This document shows, piece after piece, positions 40,699-53,265 of a DNA stretch of 64,000 bases. The position numbers and the translations under genes are program-made. The notes beneath the pieces were generated by a model. That model was not told where the DNA came from. It worked only from the letters and a program-made list of their open reading frames with translations, and made no database searches. Positions within the stretch are counted from its first letter, which is position 1. Every line of letters starts with the position of its first letter. Origin of the DNA: Camelus ferus (taxonomy: Eukaryota); NCBI RefSeq assembly GCF_009834535.1, contig NC_045697.1, forward strand, positions 43,836,001-43,900,000. The letters run 5' to 3'.

Positions 40699-41499
40699 CT
40701 GAGAAAACTCCCACTTAAAAAAACTGGTGGCCCTTAGAGTATGGTGTTTTTAGATAAAAAGGAACTTACAGGTCAGGGATGACCCATTCACCTATAATAT
40801 GCGACATCTAGGATTTTGAAGGGCTAAGCTGTTTGCCTGAAGTCAGACATTTAATAAAACACTGCACTGAAACAGCATCTTTTTGTAATATTGGGCAGAA
40901 TGTTTATTTCCCAAGGGCAACCAGCTGAGGGCTGAGTGGTAACTAAATTTAATCTGTGCTCTGCTTCTTTGTCAAGCTGTGAGTTTTGCTTAGTGCTGAA
41001 CCCCTCCTAAGAAGAAAGGGCCCCTCTCTAATTTTCATAAAAGAATCATTTGACTAACAAGTGGTTCTGATCTGCCATTAAACTTTTCTTTCATATCATT
41101 TCAAAATTTAAATATTTTTTAGAAAAAAATTTTAATCAAGAGGAAATTTTGAATTTTTATTTTAAAAGAATAAGTATCCTATAACTTTATATTTCTAACA
41201 ATTCTTATCACACTTTTTTCAAATGCCATTTTGTGAATTCTTAAGCCACAGCATTTATAGATTTGAGGCAATTTGCTTCAACTCCTTCAGAAATGGGTGC
41301 ATGGCTGCAGATCCAGTCCAGGAAATGACTGTGAGGGCTCCCCACAAGAAATACGCCCCAGTGAGTGCTTCAGGCTCTCCTAGCTGCTAGCTTCACCATT
41401 CACAGGCTGAGACTGGCACAATGGTGTGTTCTGTGTGTATGCATACACTCCATAATATCCCTTTGTTTCTTTCTCTCTTTTTTTTTTAAACTCCTGATT

Positions 41500-42225
41500 T
41501 CAATGTAATCGATAAAGAGACTTGGTTACAATAACTAGAATTATGACTGATTGCTTTTGACTTAACATACCAAATGATCCTAATCAACTTAATACTTGAG
41601 ATGCCTCAAAGTTCCTCTGAAGCATTTCAAAGTTAGCTGGAGGTCCAAAGAACTTCTTAGAATTTGCTAAACAACACTTACTGAACCAAAAATTTCAAAA
41701 GCAAATACAGATCACTTAAACACAAAGAATCTCACACAATCTGTTATCAAAAGCAGAATTTGAAGGAAACTTTGTTTTCTTAACAGAGAGAATAAAACTC
41801 CAGTCTTGTATTAGCCTACTGTTGATGAAAATTAATCAAAATTTTGAGCCAAATTTAAGGATTAGAACCTGGGAATAGCAACTCAGAAGGCTCCGAGAAC
41901 TGTTCTGCCCATCAGATGCCCAGACACAGTTTTGGGACAGAGGGTTGCACATCAAACGACATAGTATTGTTAGTTTACATAATCGAGACCTGAGATGCTT
42001 TCAAGATCAAGGAGGAATGTTATCTTTAAGAAGCTGTCTTATTGATGCCAGGGGCAAATCGCTTTTTATGGCTGAGCAGGTATTTCTGCAGATGGGGAAT
42101 CAATGAGTCAATGCATAATGTAGGTATACAGTGCACAGTTGGGGCAGAGGAGGCCAAAGGGCAGAGAAGAATTTTTATGCTTAAATTTTCTTGTCTTGCC
42201 GTAAAATATGAATTTCACTTCACAG
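41500..42225 (-). mobile_element. ERV1-class internal and LTR fragments
   Basis: AT-rich ERV-internal-like stretch followed by an LTR-like segment ending ...aaaatatgaatttcacttcaca. Recognised by resemblance only. Confidence 0.45.
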
Positions 42226-42529
42226 TTCCCGTCTGTTGGTCAGTACTCTTTTCAACAGAAAGCATCAGGTGATCACAGATTTGGTCCCTCACAGCTAGGG
42301 TGGCTGCTTGCCTGCTGCAGGGCCCATCATGTCCCTTAATGCTGGGTCCTAATGGCCCAGTTCTCTCCATTTTGGGGGTCATGCTAGCAGGATGTTCAGT
42401 AAGGACTGGCAGCCAATTCTAGGTTGTCCAATGAGGGACTAACGCCAATTTTCCTCTCACGTGCACTGTATATGTACATTATTTTATGGATAACTATAGA
42501 TGTGACCTACAATTTCAAGTCATTTAAAC

Positions 42530-42915
42530 ACAGAGGCTCTAACGAAATTTACTCAGCAAGCTTTGAATGATAATAATCAAGCTATTAGCTTGCTCAGTTC
42601 AGAAGTCTCCATGATGAGAAAAGTGGTCTTACAGAATCACATGGCCCCAGGTGTTTTAACTGCTTCCCAAAGGGGAACTTGTGCTGTAATATATAGTGAA
42701 TGCTGTATCTTTATACCTGATGAGTTTTCAAATGTAACCTATCTTATGACACATATGAAGAATCCCATTTCTGCTGTGAACAATTCCCTTCCCAGTTTAG
42801 GGGAAATACTAGAAAAACGGTTTGGCTCAAGAGGATCTTGGCTTAAATCTTTGCTAATGATGATGTTGGACCTATTGGCAATTTTAATTACAGTTTGTGG
42901 CATTCATAAGGTGAC
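42530..42915 (+). mobile_element. Class I (gamma-type) ERV env transmembrane-subunit fragment
   Basis: Open frame EALTKFTQQALNDNNQAISLL...LQNHMAPGVLTASQRGTCAVIYSECC (ISD-like region plus CX6CC), then a hydrophobic anchor WLKSLLMMMLDLLAILITVC. Confidence 0.85.
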
Positions 42916-43099
42916 TCATAAGGTGCCTTTCATGCTGTGTGTCACCTGTTCATACAAAGATAATGATGTCCCCTTCTTTCTTATACAAGAGGTTGCATAA
43001 TAGATGCACTCTTCTGAACTTGCTTTTTTCATGTAACAATATGATCTGGAAATTATCCTTTATTATTTCATCAAGATCTTTCTCATTCTGTTTCAACAG

Positions 43100-43485
43100 C
43101 TGCAAAGCCAACGACCAACATGTTGGTTGGGGCTGCAGTCATCTGAAGGCTCGTCTGGGGCTTTCTGATCCCTTTATCAGGATGATTCACTCCGCTGTCC
43201 AGCCCATTAGTGTTGGTTGTTGACAGAAGTATCTCCATGTGGCTGCTGGAGTGTCCTCACAACACAGCAACTCAATTCCCCCCAAGTGTGTGATCCAGAG
43301 AGCGAGACTGAAGCAGCAATGGCTCTTATGACTTAGCTTAGTCATGCCCCATCCCTTCCAGAACATTCTACTTGTTAGAAGCAAGTCACTAAGTCTGGCC
43401 CACATTTAAAAGAAGGTAAATTGGGCTCCATATTTTGAAGGGAAGAGTATCAATGAATTTGTAGACATATCTTAAAATCACCATA
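43100..43485 (-). mobile_element. MLT1 (F/G/H-like) LTR fragment
   Basis: ggggctgcagtcatctgaaggctcg...gtgtcctcacaacacagcaact...aagcaagtcactaagtctggcccacatt. Confidence 0.75.
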
Positions 43486-43579
43486 AGCCTCCATGCAGGG
43501 GTCTGCTTACCTTGCACGGATGTAATTCCAGGAGGGGTGCTTTAATTTCTTTATGAAAGTAACAAAAAGATTTATCAAG

Positions 43580-43635
43580 AGTTTCTAAATGTATATAGCT
43601 CCATTTAATTAAGTTTCTAAATGTATATAGCTCCA
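43580..43635 (+). repeat. Perfect 24-bp direct repeat with 8-bp spacer
   Basis: agtttctaaatgtatatagctcca at 43580-43603 and 43612-43635. Confidence 0.9.
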
Positions 43636-44913
43636 CTATTTACTCAAGATCCTGCTCCTAACGTTAGGGTAACGATTTCCCCAGGGATGTTCAGTAGAAG
43701 GCTAAAATGGGCCAAGTGGACAGGAAAGGTCAGATCTCACAGGAAGGACTTTACATGGTGGTCCTCAGTGTAAGGACATTTTTATCCTGCATCAACTGTG
43801 GATGCATTAGTGGAATAAAATGGAAAATCTACATACTTTTTAATCTAGCATGCAACTCCAAAGAAATTTTGAACTTAGGTAGCTGAAAATAGGCTAGGCT
43901 ACTTTGGCTTATTTCCTCTCATCTCCCAGAGGTTCCTTTCCACCTCTCTGTCCTCAGTGGTACATCAGTGGAAAAGTCTCAGAAGTGCTGTCTTTAGAGC
44001 ACACATCTGTATTTTATCCATGAGGGACTGGTGGGAACCTTTCCTCTAGTCTTCTAGAGTGTCTAAAGGAAACACTCATGTTCTTATGTAAACGATTCCA
44101 ATTCTGCTGACTGTGCCCCACCAAAATTTGAAGGGGGTGTTTGTCAAGCTATTCTAGGCTTATGTCATATGCATTGAGTGGGTTCCCTTAGTTCATAGTT
44201 CTTACTACTATTTGCAGGTTTTCTTGGTCCTTTTTAATGTGATTGTTCAATGTTTGACTTAAGTACCATTTATCTGTTGATTTCTACAAAGCTGGTGCCC
44301 TTTAATAATGTCTGGAAAATACAGGTCTTGTCCTTGTTATGCCAGGAATGGCACCTCATGGTAATGTGTGATCTTCCTGGGTCAGCCCTCCCCGTCCTGG
44401 CAACCCAGCAGACCACTGCTCCAGGGAGAGGACACACTACAGCCAGATGCCATCACTGGGGCCATCTGCTCCTTTGGGCATGGAGCTTGATTGGGCTCCA
44501 AGATGGAAATAGATTTCCCTCACTTGCAATATCCTAACCAGTGCTGAGTTACTGAATAGACAGGGTATGCATTTTGACTAGTACTAAAGCAGAGGCATCC
44601 AAAAAGTATTTTTGGTAAGACAATTAGATATTTCCTTTAAAACATCAAATTTGTCATCATAGGAAAAATCAAAACTTTGACCACCTAATACTTATTTTAT
44701 GATTTGGAATAGATTTAAAGTTTAATTACATAGAAGGGAAGGAAATCTCTTCATGCTCAAGGTCTCTACTGGTCTTAATAGGTCCCTGCTCATATAATAC
44801 ACCAACCTTGCCCTATAATACACAAAGCATCCTTCCCTTGCTGGCTACTGCTCAGGTTAACCCTGGTGTGATCACTCTCCTTTGTACTCTGGAACTAGAA
44901 AAGTCACAAATTT

Positions 44914-45056
44914 GAGGGCAGGGGAGGATATAGCTTGATGGTAGAGTGCGAGCTTAGCATGCATGAAGTCCTGGGTTCAATCCCCAATAACTCCACTAAA
45001 ATAAATAAACAAACCTAATTATCTCCTCCCTCAAAAAAAAAAAAACACAAACAAAC
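44914..45056 (+). mobile_element. Vic-1-like tRNA-derived SINE with 15-bp TSD
   Basis: ggggaggatatagcttgatggtagagtgcgagcttagcatgcatgaagtcctgggttcaatcccc plus an A-rich tail. Perfect TSD agaaaagtcacaaat at 44897-44911 and 45057-45071. Confidence 0.92.
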
Positions 45057-45399
45057 AGAAAAGTCACAAATCTGGGAGCGTATCAACATTTTCCTTCATG
45101 GTAATTAATCCTTTGATGGAAATACACTTGTGGTCTATTCCCTTTGGTGCGGCTGTGGTTAGGTTCTTCTAACTATGAGAACTAAGATCACAGTTCTCTA
45201 TCATCTTAGTTTCTACCCATGGGAAAGGAAGTGCAGATAGTAGCTGAGAGCACAGCTACCTAATCTAAAAATAAAATATCATACTTCGTTAAATTATGAG
45301 TGTTGGCAAAAAACCCCAGTAGTTTTTAACAGAGTCTATCGCATTTCCACAGGTAGAAATCACACATATTTTCATGTCCAATTCAGTTGTTAGAAATAC

Positions 45400-45740
45400 C
45401 TTGAAATCACTTCTTTCATCACTACTTCAAAATTACTAAGGTTTTTGGCTCCTGGGTAGATCACCTGTGGTTGCAGTCTTTTTGTGTATAGAAGCTTTTG
45501 AGCAGCTATGATCCCAGAGGTTCCATATTTGATGCTGGTTGTCCAGAGATGTCCATTGCTTCCCTGCTATTTCATAGCTACAAAATTCTCGGTCCATTTC
45601 TTTGAAAAGAGAAAGCTGAGAACATCTGGAAACACTTAGAACTCTCTCAAAACGTGTTTCTATCATAATGGCATCAAAGTGGACCATGAATTTACGATCA
45701 TTTTCTTTCAAGTTATACTGAAGATGTTGATCTATTGATC
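45400..45740 (-). pseudogene. Putative decayed segment resembling the HJURP N-terminal Scm3 (CENP-A-binding) domain
   Basis: DQHLQYNLKENDRKFMVHFDAIMIETRFE, then after a frameshift QMFSAFSFQRNGPRIL*. Remembered HJURP reads DQLLQKLRASRRRFQRRMQRLIEKYNQPFE..QMATLTYETPQGLRIW. Donor-like AAG|gtattt at 45400. Confidence 0.35.
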
Positions 45741-47981
45741 TTGGACAAAATACTTATTTCAAATAGAGTAGTACTTTAAAGGTCAGGTAACTCTGGTGTT
45801 CCTTGCAAGAAGGTCCCTGTGTTTGCTCTGTAAAATGAAGTATGGAAACTGTCATTTCATTTGCAACAATACATTTTTGTGAAACAGTCTTCTTAACCCT
45901 TGTAATTAACAAAACAAAATATCAAAATGGATTGAATTAAATGTGGTTTTTTTCTTATTACTCAGATATAGCAAGGCCAATGTATCAAGAGACATTTGCC
46001 ATTGACATAGATGCTTATTGTATTCATCTACTCTGCTGTTAAAACACTGGGTGGCTTAAGCAACACAGTTGCTTTTCTTTGTAATGCACTGTATTCTATT
46101 TTATGAATTTAAATCATTATTCTAAGAAGGGATCCCAAATGTTTCTCTAGCTGTACACAGCACAAATAGATTAAGTACCAGACAGGTCAGTGTTCATACC
46201 CTGCCTCACCTACCAGCCATGGGGGCCATCAGCAGTTGCCTCGCTTTTGCAAGCACTGGTTGCTCCAACAGTAAAATGAAAATAGTCATAGTGTGTATCA
46301 CAGGTGTGTTGTAGGGATTAAATGAGATCACGCACATAAAACACTAATATTCTGCTTGATTAAGTTAAGCACTCAATAAATAGCTGATAGCTATTCTCAA
46401 TACAGGAAAGAAAGTGTCTGAATTTCACACACAAGCATAGTTTTATATTCCACATAATTACAAACCTGGGGTTAGTCGATGGCTGGTTCCATTCTTTCCC
46501 CCTGTTGTATACCACAGCTGTCTTAAGCAACATATGCGATGAAGCCCAATGTCTGCACCTGCTCCTGAGCCAAACAAGCCCATGTGACATACTAGTATTA
46601 CTGTACCCAGAGGTATGAATACAAATGATGCCAGCATAAGAACTAGTGCGGGGTCAAAATCGTTCCTTGGGAGAGGATGCATAACTCAAAAATTTTCTCC
46701 TTGACAGAATCTCAAGCCTGATGATTTACATGTTCCATCAGTAGAATACCTGCCACGCAGGACACAGGTAAATAGTGGAAGGAGAATTGACGGAAGATCG
46801 GTCTTTCCAACAAGCTGCTCCTCCAGGCCGCTGCAGTGCACAACAGAAGAGGCAGGGGGGAGACTGCAGCTGCTCTGTTCTAGTGTAATCTGTTTGTGAA
46901 ACTCTCTGAACAGAGGGAATTGGAAACCCGAGAGAGTCAGGAATGGCTTGCTGCCTGCATTTGTTTGTTCCTGTGAGTCTGAAAACCAGGAAGGTGGGAT
47001 TTGAAAGAGGCAGGTCCAACCCTCTTGCAGGTTCTGACCTGGGAACTGGACGCAAGTAGAAACTGCTGATTCAATCGCACTGGAGAAGGCTGTGTCCCAG
47101 CTGGTGTGTGTACGCCTGGTCCACACACGGATCATGTTACAAAGAAAGGGCATCTGTCACCACGGAGGAGTGAGCACATTAGCATGCTAGTTTTGATTTC
47201 CCAGCAACCATGAGGGGAATGAGGGGAAACTGAAAATACTTTGTTCCTCTCCACTCCCCACCCCTCCCCTGCAAGCTTACTTTCATGTCCCAGATAGTTT
47301 TTCAAAATCAGACCAGAGAATTGGATCTGAAGTATCTTGATTAGCACTGAAATTAAAGTTAAGCCGCTCAGGCCAAGGGGACATGGGATGTTTCTGTAAT
47401 ATTTCTTACAGTTCCATGAGAAATCTACAATGAGCTCAAAATTAAAAGCTCAAAACAAAATAATCAAACTACTCAGGATGTACTGAGACAGGAAGAAAGA
47501 ACAATGCCTGCCCCTCCAAAAAAAAAAAAAGCCCCACTCTGAAAATCACTTTTTTGTTATTTTGTTAGATGAACTTCCTCAGTCAAGCGATTGCTACATA
47601 GATGCTGTTCTGTGCCAAGGTCATGCCACAGAAGATGATACCTGCTCCCATCTTCTCCCTTCCCCTGACCAAACTGACAAGTTTCTCAGTAGCAACTGCA
47701 AAGAATTATCTCTGGTAGTAGAAACAAGAACGATGAGAGTCGTTCGCCCCAGAGAGGGGAACAGGGGAGGGGTCCAGGAGAGAAAGGAAGATACATCTTT
47801 CAAGATAGATCTTTTTGGACTTTTGAATTTTACATCATGTATACATGTTACGTAGTCTAAAGCCATCGTTCCCCCAGTCTCTCACAGCCTTCAAAGGTCC
47901 AGCACAAATGTGACCAGCTCTGGGAGCCTCTTCCATCCTACCAGTCTGAACTCACTGTTCCCTTCTCTGTGTTTCATCCCA

Positions 47982-48160
47982 CAGTGGCTTTCAAGTCTGG
48001 CCACCAGTTGAAACACCTGAGAGCTTTTTAAAAAATGCCCACGTTCAGCCTACTCTCCCGACCAACTGAATGCGAATCCCTCCCAGTGGAGAGGAGGTCA
48101 ACAGGGATGTTTTTTTAATTCCCCAGGTAATAACGTGCACTCAGGATTGAGAACTTCTGC
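47982..48160. mobile_element. MER5A-like hAT relic
   Basis: cagtggctttcaag...cacctgagagctttttaaaaaatgcc...ccccaggtaat...gattgagaacttctg. Confidence 0.75.
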
Positions 48161-48764
48161 CTTGACACTTTATAGAGTCAAGATTTAAACACTCGCCCTA
48201 AAAGTAAACACTGAATAGCTGATTACAGAAATAAAAACACTTTCACACTTCTTATCTCATTTTGTTTCCAGAACCACCCTGTGAGCTAGCTGGACGTCAT
48301 TGCACCACTGCCCTGAAGAGGAATGGGTGAGTCCAAGTGCTGGAAGTCACCAAGGGGCCCTTTGAGCTTTCTGCTTCTATACTGTATCTTTGATGGTCTC
48401 CCCTGGGGTTAAAACTGGATTTTGTATTCCTCACCCATATCCTGGCCCAGTGCCTTACATGCAGGTTGTATTCAACCACAGTGAACTGTGTTGAACCACA
48501 ATATCAGCAAAGTGAAACTGAGTAGATCAGCAGAGCAGCAGGAAGTGTCTCTCAATCATCCAGAGCGCCACAGGGCGGCTCACCTGAGAGGCTTCCCAGA
48601 TTATGAGTCAGAGTCTATCCTCCTGTATCTCTAGCTGCTTGTTTACCCTAATCATACCACCACAGCTGCCTGCTCAAGATGCGTATTCCTGGGCCTGGAT
48701 TCACAGAACCAGGGTCTCTGGGAATGACATTCGGGGCTATCTATTTTTTCATGTCTATTATTTC

Positions 48765-51700
48765 TTGCTCTGTGTGTTGAAGTACACATAACATAGAGTT
48801 CAACATCTTAACCATTTTTAAGGGCACAGTTCAGTGGCATTAAATACCTTCACATTGTTGTGCAGACATCATCACCATCCACCTCCAGAAATTTTTCATC
48901 TTCCCAAACTGAAATTCTGTACCGATTAATCAATGTCTGCATTCCCCTCTCCCCCAGCCCCTGGCAACCTCCGTTCTACTTTGTCTCTATGGATTTGACC
49001 ACGTCAGTTACCTCTCGTAACTAGAACCACGCAGTGTTTGTCTTTTTGTGATTGGCTTATTTCATTTAGCACAGTATCTTCAAGTTTCATCCACATTAAA
49101 CCATATGACAGGAGGATTTCCTTCTTTTGTAAGACTCAGTAATATTTCATGTTACACACATGACGCATTTTCTTTATTCATTCACCCATCGGAGGACATC
49201 TAGGCTGCTTCCACTTCTTGGCTACTGTGAATAGTCTACAATGAACATGGATGTGTAAGTACTTCTTTCAGATCCTGTTTTCAGGTTTTTGTTTTTTTTT
49301 TTTTTTTTTTTGATACATACCCAGAAGTGGAGTTGCTGAATCATATAATAGTTCTATTTTTAAGTTTTTGACAAAACTTCATACTGTTTGCCTTAGTGGC
49401 TTCACCATTTTAAATTCCCATCAACAATGTGCAAGTGTTCCAATTTCTCCACATCCTTGCCAGCAATTGTTATTTCCTTCCTTCCTTCCTTCCCCCCTCT
49501 CTCTCTTTCTTTCTTTTCTTTTTGGTAATGGCCATATTAATGGGTGTGAGGTGGTATCACATTGTGGTTTATATTTGCATTTCCATGATGATTAGTGATG
49601 TTAAGTATCTTTTCATGTGCTTGTTAGCCATTTGTATATCTTCTTTGGAGAAATGTCTGTTTAAGTCCTTTGCCCATTTTTGAATTGGGTTGTTTGTGTT
49701 TTTATTGTTGAGTTGCAGGAGTTCTTTATATATTCTGGATATTAACCCCTTATCAGATCTATGATTTGCAAATATTTCCTCCCAGTTCTGTGAGTTGCCT
49801 TTTTACTCTGTTGATTGTTTCCTTTGCTGAATAGAAGTTTTAAATTTTGATGTATTTGCATTTGTCTATTTTTACTTTTGTTGCCTATGCTTTTGGCATC
49901 ATATTGAGAAATCATTCCCAAATACAATATCATAATGTGTGATATGTTTGTGTCTAGGATATTTAGTTTCAGGTCTTACATTAAAGCTTTTAATCCATTT
50001 TGAGTTAATTTTTTTCTATGGTGTAAGGTAAGGGTCCAACTTCATTCTTGGAAGAATGTGTATATCCAGTTTTCTCAGCACCATTTATTGAAGAGACTTT
50101 CTTTTCCCCATTGTGGTATTAAAGATCATTTGATCATGTATATGAGGGTTTATTTCTGGGCTCTCTGTTCTGTTCCATTGGCCTAAGTGTCTGTCTTTAT
50201 GCCAGTACTATATTGTTTTGATTACTGTAACTTTGTAATATGTCTTGAAATCAGAAAGCATAAGGCCTACAGTTTTGTTTTTCTTTCTCAAGATTGTTTT
50301 GGCTATTCACGGTCCTTTGATTTCCCATATGAATTTTAGGGTGGATTTTTCTATTTCCACAAAAACTGCTGTTGGGATTTTAATGAGGATTGCATTGAAT
50401 CTGTGGCTTGCTTTGGGTGGTATTCTTTTAACAATAGTAAGTCTTCCAATATAAGAACACGAGATACCTTTTAATTTACTTATGTCTTTTTAAGTTTCTT
50501 TCAGCAGTATTTCATAGTGTGCAATGCATAAGCTTTTGACTCCTTGGTTAAGTTTATTTCCAAACATTTTATTATTTTGGATGCTATTTAAGTGGGATTG
50601 TTTTTTAATACTTTATTTTCAGATTGTTCATTGTTAGTGTATAGAAATAGTGTATAGATATTTGTGTGTTAATTTTGTATTCTGCAATGTTGCTGAATTT
50701 GTTTATTAGATTTAAGTTTTTTGGTGGAGTCTTTAGAGTTTTCAACATATAAGATAATGTCATCTGGAAATAGAAATATTTTACTTCTTCTTTTCCAATT
50801 TGAATGCCTTTTATTTCTTTATCTTGCTTAATTGTCTGGCTGGGACATCCAGTACTATGTTGAACAGATGCGGTAATAGTGGGCATCTTTGCTTTGTTCC
50901 TGATCTTAGAGGAAAAGCTTTCAGTTTTTCACCATTGAGTATGTTAACTATGGGCTTTTCACATATGGCCTTTATTACATTCAGGTAATTTCCTTCTGAT
51001 CTTGATTTGTTCAATGAATGAAAAAGTATTGAATTTTGTCAAACACTTTTTCTGCATCAATTGAGGTAATCTTTTGCGTTTTCCCTTCATTCTATTAAAA
51101 TAGTGTATACGTTAATGGATTTTTGTATGTTGAACTATCCTTGCATTCCAAAGATAAATGCACTTGGACATGGTGTATAAACCTTTCAATGTGTTGTTTA
51201 ATTCAGTTTGCTAGTATTTTGTTGAGGATTTTTACCTCAATATTTATCAAGAATATTGATCTGTAATTTTTCTCTTTTCGTATTTTTGTCTGATTTGGGT
51301 ATCAGGGTAAAGCTGGGACTCAAAATGAATTTGGAAGTGTTTCCTTCTCTTTCTTTTGGGGAAGAATTTGAGAAGAATTAGTGTTAATTCTTCTTTAAAT
51401 GTTTGGTAGAATTCTCCAGTGAACCCATTTAGTCCTGGGCTTTTCTCTGTTGGGAGGTCTTTGATTACTAATTCAATCTCCTTACTAATTAGAAGTCTAT
51501 TTAGATCTTTTATTTCTTCATGATTCAGTCTTTCTGGGTTGTATGTTTCTAGAAATTTATCCATTTCTTATCTAATTTGTTAGCATATAATTGTTGAAAG
51601 TAGTCTATTATAATCCATTTTATTTCTGTGGCACCAGTTGTAATATCGCCTCTTTATTTCTGATTTTTGTTTTTTGAGTCTTCTCTTTTTTCTCTTGCTC

Positions 51701-52045
51701 TAGCTAAAGGTTTGTAAATTTTATGGATCTCTTTTTAAATACTCAACTTTGTTAATTTTCTTCTATTGTTTTTCTGTTCCCTATTTCATTTATTTTTGCT
51801 CTAATCTTTATTAAGCCTTCTTTCTGGTAACTTTGGGTTTTGCTTATTCTTCTTTCTCTAGTTCTGAGATGTGTAAGTTTAGTTTGTTGATCTGAGATCT
51901 TTCTTCATTTTTAAAATATAGATATTTCCCTCTTAGTTGTGTTTTGCTACATCTCATAAGTTTTTGTATGTTGTGGTTTTGTTTTCATTTGTCTCAATAT
52001 TTCCTAATTTCCCTTATGATTTATTCTTTGACACATTGGTTCAAG
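48765..52045 (-). mobile_element. 5'-truncated old L1 (L1MB-like), ~3.3 kb
   Basis: Decayed ORF2 pieces: 50811-51014 (NGEKLKAFPLRSGTKQRCPL) and 51247-51564 (MDKFLETYN..KSPGLNGFTGEFYQTFKE). 3'UTR at ~48765-49050. Confidence 0.9.
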
Positions 52046-53044
52046 AACCAACTTCCTAGTTTGGCGGGGTTGCGGGGGACAGTTCTATCTGAATGAGGCT
52101 GTAGACCAGGTGCAAAGCAGGGTAGGGCTCTCCTCAGGCATGGCACGGGCTTGGGAGGCTCAGGCAATGAGACACCCACAGTCTGGAGAAGGGTCATCTG
52201 AACCAGCTGTGGAGACCATGGGGCTTGTTGAGCATCTTGACCATTATGTCTACCTGGGGCTTTGTGTGTCTTTGTGGTTCTGTCCAGATGGATCTTTGGT
52301 TTGTGGTGCAGTGACTATCCCCAGAGCCTAGCACAGCTTTGTCTATATCTGATCTTGTTCCTGTGCTTGAGAGAACTAGCCACAGGCAGAGAGATGGCCT
52401 GGAGAAAGGCTCATCAAACAACCCACAGGCTTCAGAGATTTCTAGTGCTGAGTGGCAAATTGTCCGCTTGGTCTCCTTATCACTTCCTCTACCTACTTCT
52501 TCCTTGGAAACCACTGCTCTCCTTTCTTGTCCCCTCTCTCTTCCCTCATTCAAAGGGAAGAATAATATACCATGTGCTCTATATGCATTATCTCACTGAA
52601 GTCTCACTAAGTATTACTAACCCCATTTTATAGTTGAAAGAACTAAAGCTCACAAAGGTTAAGTAATTTGTTCAATGTTGTACAAGTAGATAGTAAGAGG
52701 AAGAGAGTGGACCTCAAAATAGGTCTTTTTGCCTCTAACAGCCAGACTCTTCCTATTGTAGCAACCTCTCTTATTTATTCAACAGATACCTATTATGTGC
52801 TTGACCTGTGCTAGGAGCTCAGAAATCTATACAGAAAAATAAGATATGGTTCCTGCCATCCAAGAAAGCTACTGCTAGTAGAGAAGATAGATACCAAACC
52901 TGTAATTACAGTAGGTTAAAAAACGTGCTACGGATATATAAATACTAAGGGAGCATAGAGAAACAGGGATTCTAGGGTAGAAGTAGGGAGACATGTCACA
53001 TTTAGGGCGGGACTTCACCAGGAAAACAGGTGGAGGAAAAAGAT

Positions 53045-53265
53045 TGGGGAGCCGTTTTTTTTAAGTATGCCAGATAGTAAATATTTTAAGCTCTGCTGAC
53101 CAGATGGTCCCTGTCACAGTTACTTAACGCCACCACTGTAGCGCACAAGCAGACACAACCAAAGGGAAAACAAATGAACATGGCTGCGTTCTAATTAGAC
53201 TTCATTCACAAAAACAAGAAAGCACCTGGATTTTGCCTGGGTGCCTGAGTTTGCAGAGCCCTGCA
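53045..53265. mobile_element. MER58A-like hAT relic
   Basis: gccagatagtaaatattttaagctctgc...catggctgcgttctaattagacttcattcacaaaaaca...gtttgcagagccctg. Confidence 0.75.

Noticed and set aside
46686..47153. 155-aa minus-strand ORF and overlapping ORFs
   Set aside because: No recognisable domain or convincing splice structure; could not be linked to the neighbouring HJURP-like block.
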